Virus record (IMG/VR): IMGVR_UViG_3300037087_000773
Reading direction: 5' to 3' (one strand)
Length of the DNA stretch: 46,145 nt
DNA from: a virus
Every line of letters begins with the position of its first letter. The first letter of the stretch is position 1. Both the position numbers and the translations under genes were made by a program. The notes beneath the pieces are model-generated. The model did no database searches. It was not told the DNA's origin and worked only from the letters and a program-made list of their open reading frames with translations. Positions 32,545 through 42,314 of the stretch are shown in pieces.

Positions 32545-34653
32545 ATGTCAAAGGAATTAGATAAATATCATCAGAATGAAATTATAAAGTCAACAATCGA
32601 AAAAGAATTAGGAACAGATGGTTTGGCGGTTGGTGATATATTTATAAATCCATCATCTTCAACTATTGCTGTAAAAATCACCAGTATCACATTCAAAGAT
32701 AATAAATATCAAAATCAAGATCCGGCTTATAAAGTAATAATCGGTTATAAAGAAACCGCCAATTATGAATTGACCGATTGGGAAGAAGAAAAACATGAAG
32801 ATTTCTATAACTTTAATTATTTTCATGTTAAAAATTCAATAAGAGTTAAATGTGGTGAAGATATTTCCCAATACTTAGATAAGGCCAAAAAGGTTATGTC
32901 TGGTGAACTCAGTATTGAAACATTAAATGATGATAATACTGATAATAGTCTTAACAGTGAAACATCCATTATTTCAAAAGATTCCAAAACTAATCTCACA
33001 ACGATTCAAAATAGTCTCGAAGAAAAAAAGAAAAATGCTGAATTAATTCAGGCCTTTGTTTCGATTGAAATGGAAAAAAAGAAAAGAGAACTTGAACAGG
33101 TGAGACAAAAGTTAAATGGAGTGATTGAGGTTTTCAAGAAGAAAATAAGTAAAATAATGAGAGTTATCACTACCATTGAATTATATCTTGGTATTGATGA
33201 AGAATTATTTCAAATTCAAGAGGGGGAATTGGCTCCGAAAGAAACTCCAATATCATTCCGTCAGGCTGTTCTTTATATGGACGAAGAAATTGGTCATTGG
33301 AAAAATGGTGGATTGGATTTTACCAACATTGATTGGTTTGATCAATGGCTTGTGAAAGATGAAAATTTTAAGAAATTGTTACCTGAAGAAAAAGGGTTGG
33401 TAGTTTTTAGACCAAGAAGATATGATAAGGATTATGGTAGTGATCCTCACTATAATGCTTCCATGAATCAGGAAAACAAATACAGAACCTATCTTCTTAT
33501 CAGAAACGGAGAATGTCTTTACAGGGTTTATACTGAAAATATTGTAATTCTTCCAAGATTATTTCCTAAACGAGATGAACTACAAAAACTAATGGAAGAA
33601 ATTCAGAAAGAAAACCTGAGATCATGGGATGAAGAAAAAAAGAAGGATAATATTGATGATCTTGTTCATCAATATAAAAAAAGAGCCATACTTTTACAGG
33701 GTCTTGTTGACAGGACTGATGTGTTTCACCCATTACCAGTTGATAAAATCAACATCTTTGATATGTCAAATCTGGAAGGTAAAGTAAATTTCATTTATGA
33801 CGATGAAGCAACATTACCATCTGGTAGATTATCTTTCTGGGATTGGCACAAAGAAATAAACAGTAAAATTGGAAAAGGTAGTAGGGTTTTGATTACTGGA
33901 TTTGATGGGAAAAATGATGAGGTGAAAGATAGAATTTATTATTATACCACCAATTATGTAAGTCCTCCTTCAGTTGGTATTTATGAAGTTGAGGAATATC
34001 TACATAAAGGCACCAAATCTATGAAAAGATCCGACTTTGAAAATCTCAAAGTGGAATGGGATAAAAGAGGAATCAAATATGAAATAACTAATGTCCGTGA
34101 AAAAGTATATCACATAAATTACCAAGAGAGTTCTTTTCCACATAAAGAAAAGCCGGGTTATGTTCCAATTTATGAAGATGAAGTTACGGTAAGGAGCACC
34201 TACATTCATTTAACTATCCTTTATAATCCCGGTGATACGGTTTATGGTCCTTGGGGGACATATGATCCTCATGACCGTAAAAAAAGGATTCGTTTGAGAA
34301 TATATCCAACGGATGATTTCGTTCTGAATTATGACCAAATAAGTCTTGAGGATATCAATTTTTATCTTACGAGTAGAGTTGATAGACCGAATTATTTAAA
34401 AATGTTACCACTTCTTGATGATGTCAAAAACTGGCGTATCGAAGAATTAGAAAATGAAAAGAATTTCGCGAAAATGGTCTACGCTCAAGTGTACCAGAAA
34501 TTGAAGAAACAAACTGAAGAATATATTTATCAGAAGATTTTAGAAGCTATTGATTGGTGGAAATTCAAGAATATGTGGAAAAGACCAATTGATAAAGATG
34601 ATACCAAAGCATTAAGAATGATTACAAACAGAATACTAAATAAGAAAAATTAA
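32545..34653 (+). CDS. hypothetical large protein (702 aa)
   Basis: Long intact ORF after a 60-nt gap. It has a central coiled-coil (EEKKKNAELIQAFVSIEMEKKKRELEQVRQKL). No domain recognised. Confidence 0.5.
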   Translation: MSKELDKYHQNEIIKSTIEKELGTDGLAVGDIFINPSSSTIAVKITSITFKDNKYQNQDPAYKVIIGYKETANYELTDWEEEKHEDFYNFNYFHVKNSIRVKCGEDISQYLDKAKKVMSGELSIETLNDDNTDNSLNSETSIISKDSKTNLTTIQNSLEEKKKNAELIQAFVSIEMEKKKRELEQVRQKLNGVIEVFKKKISKIMRVITTIELYLGIDEELFQIQEGELAPKETPISFRQAVLYMDEEIGHWKNGGLDFTNIDWFDQWLVKDENFKKLLPEEKGLVVFRPRRYDKDYGSDPHYNASMNQENKYRTYLLIRNGECLYRVYTENIVILPRLFPKRDELQKLMEEIQKENLRSWDEEKKKDNIDDLVHQYKKRAILLQGLVDRTDVFHPLPVDKINIFDMSNLEGKVNFIYDDEATLPSGRLSFWDWHKEINSKIGKGSRVLITGFDGKNDEVKDRIYYYTTNYVSPPSVGIYEVEEYLHKGTKSMKRSDFENLKVEWDKRGIKYEITNVREKVYHINYQESSFPHKEKPGYVPIYEDEVTVRSTYIHLTILYNPGDTVYGPWGTYDPHDRKKRIRLRIYPTDDFVLNYDQISLEDINFYLTSRVDRPNYLKMLPLLDDVKNWRIEELENEKNFAKMVYAQVYQKLKKQTEEYIYQKILEAIDWWKFKNMWKRPIDKDDTKALRMITNRILNKKN

Positions 34654-34671
34654 TTTTAAAAATTTAAAGCC

Positions 34672-35247
34672 ATGACAGACAATCACAAAAAGATTATAAA
34701 AGAATTCTTTGATAATAGCTCGTGCTACGGGAATCCTCATTGGGTTTGGGTGTATACTCAAATAAAAGGATTCGGTAAAATAAAAGTCCTTTATAATAAG
34801 GGTGAATTCGGCCAAATCAAAATTGGTGGAGTTGGTAAGATGCTTATTGAAGAACTTGCCGACTATAAACTTGATATACTGACATCTTGGATGCAAGATC
34901 AGCTTGATTTTCTAAATGAGATCAAGCAAATGCCTTTTATCAAGGAACTCAAAAATTTAAATGAAATTAATTTCGATTTATATGATACCAAAACCACTCG
35001 TTTGCGTATTACTTTTACTCACTTTCCATTGGAAAAAAGTGCTAAGAAGCAAACAGGGTTATTAAAAGCGACACTAAAATCTCAGGGTTATGGTGTTGGT
35101 CAAGAGTTTGGTGATATTTATATGGTCAAATACCATACGAATTATAGTCAGATGAATTTGTTCAAACGAATTCTATATAATTTCAAACTTGGTATTGCAC
35201 ACGATATTGTACGACCTAATTCATGTTTCAGTCCAATTCTTTCTTGA
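34672..35247 (+). CDS. hypothetical protein (191 aa)
   Basis: Intact ORF whose 3' end overlaps the convergent minus-strand gene by 27 nt. Confidence 0.45.
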   Translation: MTDNHKKIIKEFFDNSSCYGNPHWVWVYTQIKGFGKIKVLYNKGEFGQIKIGGVGKMLIEELADYKLDILTSWMQDQLDFLNEIKQMPFIKELKNLNEINFDLYDTKTTRLRITFTHFPLEKSAKKQTGLLKATLKSQGYGVGQEFGDIYMVKYHTNYSQMNLFKRILYNFKLGIAHDIVRPNSCFSPILS

Positions 35248-35901
35248 AGATGAATATAAATTATAATCCTGTTTCCTATTTAGATGATAAAATAGTTGTT
35301 CCGATTTGATATTAATACTATCCGCTATTAATTTAAAAGTACTGTCAATACAATGTAATTCTTTGGCGTTTTCGATTAAATAGCAATAATCAAATATATT
35401 GTTTGTCAAACTCCTATTTGGTCTTATTATCGGAATGTTTTTATTTCTTACTTCAGTAATATCGTTGATTACATAATTTCTATCAGCATCGTCATGAATT
35501 AATACATACTCGTTCTCAATAACATTGAATCTTTTAAACAATTCCATTTCCTTATAGTTGTCTCGTTCAATATAAAAATCAGTCCATCTTTTCGTGAAGT
35601 CCAAATTTGACCCCATATAAAACGATCTGTCGAATTTATAATTGAATACATCCAATTTATGAAAACCAACTCTCAAAACATTGCTTTTGTTTGCTATGGA
35701 TTGTTCTACATCATTATCATTAAATATTTTCAAATATTCAATGTTTTTTAGATCTCTGAACATGAAACTGACGGATTCGAAATTATGATGCTTAACAAAA
35801 AGAAAAATTTTGTCATGTGATTTTGAATAATTTCTAACAATGGCATTACAAATTATATGATCACCCAATCCCAAATGATGATAAATGTACAATTCATTCA
35901 T
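35221..35901 (-). CDS. hypothetical protein (226 aa), possibly a glycosyltransferase
   Basis: It is the last gene of the minus-strand glycosyltransferase operon. The N-terminal LYIYHHLGLGDHIICNAI is faintly like GT9/GT-B N-termini, but this is not convincing. Confidence 0.45.
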   Translation of the reverse strand: MNELYIYHHLGLGDHIICNAIVRNYSKSHDKIFLFVKHHNFESVSFMFRDLKNIEYLKIFNDNDVEQSIANKSNVLRVGFHKLDVFNYKFDRSFYMGSNLDFTKRWTDFYIERDNYKEMELFKRFNVIENEYVLIHDDADRNYVINDITEVRNKNIPIIRPNRSLTNNIFDYCYLIENAKELHCIDSTFKLIADSINIKSEQLFYHLNRKQDYNLYSSSRKNWTET

Positions 35902-36599
35902 TAATATCCTAATTCTTTTCTATTTATCCAAAGAGTATATTGTTCTTTCCTATTATCATTTTCATCATAAATTTCCCCAATAAAACGATGATCTTCCATT
36001 TTTGTTGGAAATGGTTTTGAATATGGATACCTATCAAAACAGGAATCATGACAAATGACATCTCCCTCTTTTACAAACCTCTCGTATACGAATTGATTTA
36101 AAAATGGGGTATCAATGTATTTATTGTATAAAACAGTATTTATTGGATTTGTATTACTAACATACAAAATAATATCCTTTTTTAAATTTAAATCCTCAGA
36201 TACGACCAATCCGAATAAACCGGCATACATTTGAACTCCATGATGTGGGTGGTCTCTCATTATATGTAATGTTTTACCAGATTCGATCCATTCATCAACC
36301 GCGTGTTTTTCCCTCATGGATAATCTACTGTCACCATCTCTACTGATAAATCTTTCCACATCTTCTTTCGGTGTGAATCTCCAAAGAACTCCGGGGCCGG
36401 GAAAATTTGTCATATCAAATAATTCACAATTATCAAATTGCCTATATTTTTCTATTATATCACTTGGTACGGAATTATTGTAATAAACATAAACTTTCCA
36501 ATCTGGATAAATAATCTTAGCCAATTCCAAGTTTTTCAAGACCCCAATAGTATACATTGGTTGATTTCCATAAATACTAAAGCTAATTACTTTCTTCAT
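35901..36599 (-). CDS. hypothetical protein (232 aa), possibly a glycosyltransferase
   Basis: N-terminus MKKVISFSIYGNQPMYTIGVLKNLELAKIIYPDWKVYVYYN resembles the start of small GT-A enzymes. The ATG was verified at 36597-36599, preceded on its own strand by the AGGAAT repeat. Confidence 0.45.
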   Translation of the reverse strand: MKKVISFSIYGNQPMYTIGVLKNLELAKIIYPDWKVYVYYNNSVPSDIIEKYRQFDNCELFDMTNFPGPGVLWRFTPKEDVERFISRDGDSRLSMREKHAVDEWIESGKTLHIMRDHPHHGVQMYAGLFGLVVSEDLNLKKDIILYVSNTNPINTVLYNKYIDTPFLNQFVYERFVKEGDVICHDSCFDRYPYSKPFPTKMEDHRFIGEIYDENDNRKEQYTLWINRKELGY

Positions 36600-36620
36600 T
36601 CCTATTCCTATTCCTATTCT
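36598..36620 (-). repeat. (AGGAAT)x3 hexamer tandem repeat abutting a start codon
   Basis: The plus strand reads ATTCCTATTCCTATTCCTATTCT. The minus strand reads AGAATAGGAATAGGAATAGGAATG, with the final ATG being the start of 35901..36599. These AGGA elements are the only SD-like sequences seen upstream of any gene in the window. Confidence 0.6.
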
Positions 36621-37322
36621 TTATTTTAAATATTCTACCGATGGTGGTATATTTTTTGTCCTATAAATGTTTTTATTATTTTCCAGAATCATATATCCAT
36701 AATTATTATCATCTGGATTGGTTCTTTTTTCAACGACAGAACGATTCACGGAATTTATTTCCATTACTCTTACACCTAATAATGTTTTTCTTTTCAACCC
36801 AAATTGCATACATCTTTCTGTCATATCACTATCACACCAATAATATTGAAATTGTGAATCATACATTCCAATTTTTCTAAAAACATCTTTTTTATATATC
36901 CCGAAATTCATACAACCATCAAATAATATCTGTGAATTTTTAAACACACTGTTTTTATCCACCGCGAATTGTTCCAGTGAACCTCTTGTCCAAGGAAACA
37001 CATAATAATCAGAATCATCTATTTCTTGTATGATATCATCCCAATCATTACACAAAAGAACATCATCATTCCATTGAGCTATTAATTCATAAGAGGCATT
37101 CTTTATACCCAAATTCATATAATGCGGATAACTGCTTCTACCACCTACCTCAATTAATTTGATTCTGGGGTGATTTAAGAGCTTCAGGTACTCGATTGTA
37201 CCATCAGTGGAGCCACCGTCCACTAAAATCAGCTCGACCTTTTCTGAGCTCCCTACGGTGTTATTTATGATATGACTTAATAACACCAATCTATTTAATG
37301 TTCCAGTAACTACACTTATCAT
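36621..37322 (-). CDS. glycosyltransferase family 2 (GT-A fold)
   Basis: MISVVTGTLNRLVLLSHIIN...VELILVDGGSTDGTIEYL...QWNDDVLL. It overlaps the upstream gene by ATGA. Confidence 0.65.
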   Translation of the reverse strand: MISVVTGTLNRLVLLSHIINNTVGSSEKVELILVDGGSTDGTIEYLKLLNHPRIKLIEVGGRSSYPHYMNLGIKNASYELIAQWNDDVLLCNDWDDIIQEIDDSDYYVFPWTRGSLEQFAVDKNSVFKNSQILFDGCMNFGIYKKDVFRKIGMYDSQFQYYWCDSDMTERCMQFGLKRKTLLGVRVMEINSVNRSVVEKRTNPDDNNYGYMILENNKNIYRTKNIPPSVEYLK

Positions 37323-37972
37323 AATATACTTTTTATTTTTCCTTTATCAATTTCTTTCTCAACCATCCTATCTCTTTGACTCATAGATTTAATCATATTA
37401 TCATTTTTCTCAGGAACTTGTTTTATTTCGTGAAGATCTCTATGAAGAATCGTAATGGGAACTCTCTCCCATATTCCAAGTTCATTGGCTATCATTAACA
37501 AATATCCATCATAGGATGGACATCCCGTTATTCTTCCTACTGTTTCATAATATTTTCTTGATATATAAGGAAAATAATAATCACCAATATCACCAACTCT
37601 ACCCTCACACGGTTGATGTCTTAATATCCAAGGTTTTTGAGGATCATAATTTTCTAAATATTTATCCCAATTTTTGGTTTTCATTATTGTATCATCGTTT
37701 AATGGTTGAAGCCAATCACCAGTTGCTAATTTGGCCATATCATTTATAAAATTATGAATTTCACCATAACCCAGACCCCTTTCTGAAATAATAATTTTCA
37801 AATTTTGCCAATAAGGTAAATCGTTTAATTTTGAAATTATTTCATCACCAAAATCCAATTTTATTAAAACTTCGATGTCATTAGAACCAGTAGAATTTTC
37901 GAATATAGATTCTATACAAGTTACTAATAAATTATATCCATTTATACTTGGAATTAAAATACTTACTTTCAT
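37319..37972 (-). CDS. GT-A-fold glycosyltransferase-like protein (217 aa)
   Basis: VSILIPSINGYNLLVTCIESIFENS...DIEVLIKLD...WLQPLNDD has the GT2-like N-terminal beta-alpha-beta arrangement and a DxD-like element. Confidence 0.5.
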   Translation of the reverse strand: MKVSILIPSINGYNLLVTCIESIFENSTGSNDIEVLIKLDFGDEIISKLNDLPYWQNLKIIISERGLGYGEIHNFINDMAKLATGDWLQPLNDDTIMKTKNWDKYLENYDPQKPWILRHQPCEGRVGDIGDYYFPYISRKYYETVGRITGCPSYDGYLLMIANELGIWERVPITILHRDLHEIKQVPEKNDNMIKSMSQRDRMVEKEIDKGKIKSIL

Positions 37973-37976
37973 ATAT

Positions 37977-40376
37977 TTATTTTCTTTTTATAAAACTTCC
38001 TCTATAAGAAAATGGTCTCCCATATACTTCGAAATGTTCATTGAGAAATGATATATTATCTCCACTTGTAACTGAACTATCAAAGACCATATTTCCATTA
38101 AATGAAATTACGAATGGAACATTATTTTTCATATATTCTTCACATATTTCTTTCGGTGATTTTGTTGCTGGTTGTTCAACTGGTAATATATCTATTTTCT
38201 TCTTTGGTATATCAGGTAATTGAACTGTCTCTTTAAATCTGGAATTTAATATTGTATAATTCATATCCTTCGTTGTAATATCGGATCTGGTATCTAATAA
38301 TTTCACAAAAAATGGTAAAAACACATAAGCATAAATTTTTGGAAACAATGATTCAATATAAACATCGATTGGTTTTTCTTCTTTTTTACAAGCATCAATA
38401 ATTTTTTGAAACAATCCGTTTTTATTATTCAATATCATAGCAAAGCATCCAGTTGATCTCCAGACTCTATAAATCATAAATCTTACCTGAACAATCGGTG
38501 TTAATAAGGGTGGTATGTCAGAACCCAGATACATTATTTCCCAATCTTCAGGAACAGTATTCATATAATATTCGAATCTACTCTCGAAATCATCACAAAA
38601 AATAACATCATCCTCGAATATTGCTATTTTATTATATTCTTTTTCTATGGCATCTTGTAAAATACTTATATGTGACCTAAGACATCCGATTTCACATTTT
38701 CTCTGGTCATTACCTTCTACCTTTAATTTTTGACCATCAATCCCATTTATAATTTGATATGAACCCAATTTAATTCTACTAAATTGATCAACTATATGAT
38801 TCAGTTTATCTTTTCTTTTAGGAAGATTTATACAATACACATTATCTACAAATCTATCCAAAGCATTATTTTTGATCCTAAGTCTTGGTTTAAATTTTTG
38901 ATATTCAGGACTTTTATAATCTAAGAAATTCACAATGTTTTTGAAGTATTTATTAACCAATTCATACGAAAAAGGTTTTTTATTTTCACTTATATCGGAA
39001 ACAGTATTTATTGTCTTGACGAAAAATGGAGAGAAAATATATATGTTAAAATCTCCCAACATTTTACAATAATATTCGTCAATGGGTTCACTTTCCGATT
39101 CGGTCAGTTCAATAATTTTTTGAAATAATCCACTTTTATTATTTAATATCATGGCAAAAGCCCCATAAACTCCGTTCACTTTATTTATAAAAGGTTTCAT
39201 TTCAAGACCCTGATTAAAATGTGCACCACCAAGATACATTATATCCCAATCACTGGGTACGGCCGCGGCGTAGTATTCAAATCTTTTTTCAAAATCATCA
39301 CAAAATATAATATCATCTTCAAATATAGCTATTCTATCATATCCGTTTTTTAAAGACTCTTTTATAACACCAACATGACTTCTTAAACAAGCTACTTGTG
39401 ATGATCTTACATCTTCTCCCATCTTTTTTCCATCAATGGCATCAAATCTTTTAAATGTTATATTGAATTTATCAAATTCTTTCGTAATATGTTCTAATCT
39501 GTCTTTCCTTCTTTCTAAATTTATAACCCAAGAACAATCAACAAATTTATTTAAAATTGATTTTCCATTCCCATTATTTGGTTTTGAAACGACTTTCGGT
39601 AAAGAAGAATTTGGAACAAATTTATATGGTTCTTTTAGTCTGTTTTTTTCTATTTCTTGATAATCATAATTCTTTTCAGATAAATGATAATGATAAACCT
39701 TAATATCTTTTGATGGATTTAATACCTCATATCCATTTTTTTCGAATTCGTGAGCGAGAACATTATCACAACTTGGAGTCCCCATTTTAAAATCACAATT
39801 TAAATCATTTATTTCACCTAAAAAAGCCCAAGCACTCTGACTGAATTCAACATCAAAATGTTCCGATTTAAATGGGACTAAACTCACTATATTCCAAGTT
39901 GAAAGACAATATACTGTACCAAATTTAATGTTATTCAAAATCAATTCAATATTATCACCATCAAAATAACAATCAGAATTCAATAATATGTTCAAATCGC
40001 TATTTTTTGTATTAAAATTAATAATATTAAACATATCCCTGAAAGTTGGTTGTAAATTGATCATATTGATTTTTACAATTTTTTTATCCAACTTTTCAGA
40101 ATATTCATCAGAACACACTAAAAATATTTTGTCTATCTTCTTATTTGAAATCAATTTATTCAAACAATATTGTATTTCCTTATTTCTTTTTTCTGTTTTA
40201 GATTCGAAATAATTAAAATACACATTCACTTTTGATTTTTCATGAGTATGTTTTTCTGGTAATATGATTCTATTTTCTTCTTTTAAATAATATCCATCCC
40301 CATGACTATCATTAAAAAATATTGAACCATTATCAAATAGATAATAAGATGTATCTTTATTGGTTGATTTATTCAT
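37977..40376 (-). CDS. multidomain glycosyltransferase with two tandem GT25 (LgtB/Lic2A-type) domains (799 aa)
   Basis: Repeat 1: CSWVINLERRKDRLEHITKEF...FKRFDAIDG...ACLRSHVGVIKESLKNGYDRIAIFEDDIIFCDDFEKRF...DWDIMYLGG. Repeat 2: VYCINLPKRKDKLNHIVDQF...INGIDG...GCLRSHISILQDAIEKEYNKIAIFEDDVIFCDDFESRF...DWEIMYLG. Both align to Neisseria LgtB (ISL...ERR.HI...F.FFDA...ACFMSH..LW...IAVFEDDV). The N-terminal roughly 270 aa are unassigned. Confidence 0.75.
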   Translation of the reverse strand: MNKSTNKDTSYYLFDNGSIFFNDSHGDGYYLKEENRIILPEKHTHEKSKVNVYFNYFESKTEKRNKEIQYCLNKLISNKKIDKIFLVCSDEYSEKLDKKIVKINMINLQPTFRDMFNIINFNTKNSDLNILLNSDCYFDGDNIELILNNIKFGTVYCLSTWNIVSLVPFKSEHFDVEFSQSAWAFLGEINDLNCDFKMGTPSCDNVLAHEFEKNGYEVLNPSKDIKVYHYHLSEKNYDYQEIEKNRLKEPYKFVPNSSLPKVVSKPNNGNGKSILNKFVDCSWVINLERRKDRLEHITKEFDKFNITFKRFDAIDGKKMGEDVRSSQVACLRSHVGVIKESLKNGYDRIAIFEDDIIFCDDFEKRFEYYAAAVPSDWDIMYLGGAHFNQGLEMKPFINKVNGVYGAFAMILNNKSGLFQKIIELTESESEPIDEYYCKMLGDFNIYIFSPFFVKTINTVSDISENKKPFSYELVNKYFKNIVNFLDYKSPEYQKFKPRLRIKNNALDRFVDNVYCINLPKRKDKLNHIVDQFSRIKLGSYQIINGIDGQKLKVEGNDQRKCEIGCLRSHISILQDAIEKEYNKIAIFEDDVIFCDDFESRFEYYMNTVPEDWEIMYLGSDIPPLLTPIVQVRFMIYRVWRSTGCFAMILNNKNGLFQKIIDACKKEEKPIDVYIESLFPKIYAYVFLPFFVKLLDTRSDITTKDMNYTILNSRFKETVQLPDIPKKKIDILPVEQPATKSPKEICEEYMKNNVPFVISFNGNMVFDSSVTSGDNISFLNEHFEVYGRPFSYRGSFIKRK

Positions 40377-41214
40377 AATAATCTTTCAAATAATTTTCAA
40401 ACATATAATCTTCAGCGATTAGATATTTCTTAGCTAACTCGAAATTTTCCTTAACACTCTCCAATTTATCTTTATACATATTCAAACTAATACTGTTTAA
40501 AATATATTTCATTTCGTGTATATCATTGAAACATATCATTCCATTTGGATTAAAAAATTTCCATATAGACGGACATCCCCAATAAATAGGAATCGTTCCT
40601 GTCATAAAGCAATCGATTAATTTCTCAGTAAAATAATAATCTTGTTTGGTGTTTTCAATAACCATAGAAAAGGCGTAATCTTTCAGTCCATATATTTTGT
40701 TTGGTAAAGGAAAATATCCCCTACCAAAAGTATCAATATTATTTTTAAACAATGTTACTATTTGATGTCTTAGTGCCTGTCCTGTTGTATATTTCTTATC
40801 AGAAAAGATAGCCGACAATAATTTGGTTTTATCATAAATCATTTGGTCTTTTGGTAATATCCAGCACCCAGCTGTTGGTGAAAATTTAAAAATAGGACTC
40901 TGATCAAGATGTTCTTTATTATTAGTGAGAATGAAATCAAAATTTCTATAATTATCAGATTTTGAAATCCACTCATGCTGTGGTTTGGTTATAGCTGGAG
41001 ATTCTAACATCCAACCCACTCTAACTTTTGGCCAAGTTAACTCTCCTTTTTCATTTCTGAGAAAAATATGATCCAATGAAGTATCAGTATAAACCGCCAA
41101 TTTATCATCTCTGGTTATTGGTGTTCTATCCCATGTAATATATTTTGATTCTTGATTATCCGTACTATATTTAGCATGTACGAAATGAAGATCAACTAAC
41201 TTAATGTTGTGCAT
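40369..41214 (-). CDS. alpha-1,3/4-fucosyltransferase, GT10 (Helicobacter FutA-like)
   Basis: YAFSMVIENTKQDYYFTEKLIDCFMTGTIPIYWGCPSIWKFFNPNGMICFNDI matches H. pylori FutA YKFSLCFENSQGYGYVTEKIIDAYFSHTIPIYWGSPSVAKDFNPKSFVNVHDF almost motif-for-motif. Confidence 0.8.
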   Translation of the reverse strand: MHNIKLVDLHFVHAKYSTDNQESKYITWDRTPITRDDKLAVYTDTSLDHIFLRNEKGELTWPKVRVGWMLESPAITKPQHEWISKSDNYRNFDFILTNNKEHLDQSPIFKFSPTAGCWILPKDQMIYDKTKLLSAIFSDKKYTTGQALRHQIVTLFKNNIDTFGRGYFPLPNKIYGLKDYAFSMVIENTKQDYYFTEKLIDCFMTGTIPIYWGCPSIWKFFNPNGMICFNDIHEMKYILNSISLNMYKDKLESVKENFELAKKYLIAEDYMFENYLKDYYE

Positions 41215-41303
41215 AAAAATCTTGTTTGTTTTTATATATTGTGGATAGTGATGTCAAAACCAATCACAATAATTAATATATAGTTAAAAAGAAACAAAAA
41301 GTT

Positions 41304-42275
41304 ATGTCTAAAATAAAAAATTTCAAAGAATTTTTGAAAGAAGAAGTATATGTTCAACCACAACCGGCTGTTCAACAGACACAACCACCTGTTCAAAATT
41401 CTGTTCAACCAACTCAATCTCAACCAGAAGCTAAGAAATTAGATCCAACAAAAGTGAACAAGAAGATTGATTTTACCTACTTAAACAAAGATGCTAATGT
41501 AGATAAAATAAGACAAATTTGTGAAACAGCTAAAAGTCCTGAAAATTTGAATTATATTTTCGGGGTTGTTGTTGGACCAGAATTTGTTTCGGAAACAAAA
41601 AAATATTTGGAAGATAGTGGAATAAAGACAATAACTGTCATTTCTTATCCTGATGGAGATGATAAGAATTCAATAAAAATGAAAGCATTACAAAAAGCTA
41701 TTTCAGAAGGTGCCGAAGAAGTTAATGTTGTTATGGATTATAAAAAATTAACAGATGCATTAATCGAGACTGATAAGGAAAAACAAGAAAAGATGATACA
41801 AACTATCCAAACAGACATAAGATCTTTGGTGGAGTATTGTAAAGAAAGAAGTACAATAATAAAAATAATCATTGAAATGGAAGCTTTGTCTGATACTAAA
41901 ACCATTTCAAAGGCCGTTGAAATTTGTAAAAAAACAAATGTTGATTTCATAACAACATCAACTGGTATGTATACAAGAAATACTAATTATACTTTCGAAA
42001 AGAAAATGAAAGATGTAACTGAAGTAATTGTACCTATGATTGAAGGAATGGATGATATAAATATAAATGTTTGTGGTGGAGTAAATGGAAGTGACAAATT
42101 AATGTTGTGTTTAAGTAATAATAAAATTCAAAGAATTTCAAGTTCCATGACGCCACAAACCTTACTAAATAAACAATCTCCACCACCACAAACTCAAATA
42201 CAATCACCTGATTCACCAGCTCAAACAACACAATCTCAGCCTATACAACCACAATCTCAACCACCTCAACAATAA
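41304..42275 (+). CDS. protein with N-terminal KNFKEFLKEE leader and P/Q-rich low-complexity termini (323 aa)
   Basis: MSKIKNFKEFLKEEVYVQPQPAVQQTQPPVQNSVQPTQSQPE... The C-terminus is QSPPPQTQIQSPDSPAQTTQSQPIQPQSQPPQQ. Confidence 0.5.
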   Translation: MSKIKNFKEFLKEEVYVQPQPAVQQTQPPVQNSVQPTQSQPEAKKLDPTKVNKKIDFTYLNKDANVDKIRQICETAKSPENLNYIFGVVVGPEFVSETKKYLEDSGIKTITVISYPDGDDKNSIKMKALQKAISEGAEEVNVVMDYKKLTDALIETDKEKQEKMIQTIQTDIRSLVEYCKERSTIIKIIIEMEALSDTKTISKAVEICKKTNVDFITTSTGMYTRNTNYTFEKKMKDVTEVIVPMIEGMDDININVCGGVNGSDKLMLCLSNNKIQRISSSMTPQTLLNKQSPPPQTQIQSPDSPAQTTQSQPIQPQSQPPQQ

Positions 42276-42286
42276 AGCACAAAAAA

Positions 42287-42314
42287 ACCCAGAAAAATCT
42301 GGGTTTTTGTTTTT
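42287..42314. terminator. bidirectional intrinsic-terminator-like hairpin
   Basis: ACCCAGA-AAAA-TCTGGGT (7-bp stem, 42287-42304), preceded by an A-run (42281-42287) and followed by TTTTGTTTTT. It sits between the convergent genes 41304..42275(+) and 42313..42783(-). Confidence 0.6.

Noticed and set aside
36598-36620. CRISPR-like or other array
   Set aside because: It is only three hexamer units with no spacers. No CRISPR array (repeats of 25-40 nt with unique spacers) exists anywhere in the window.
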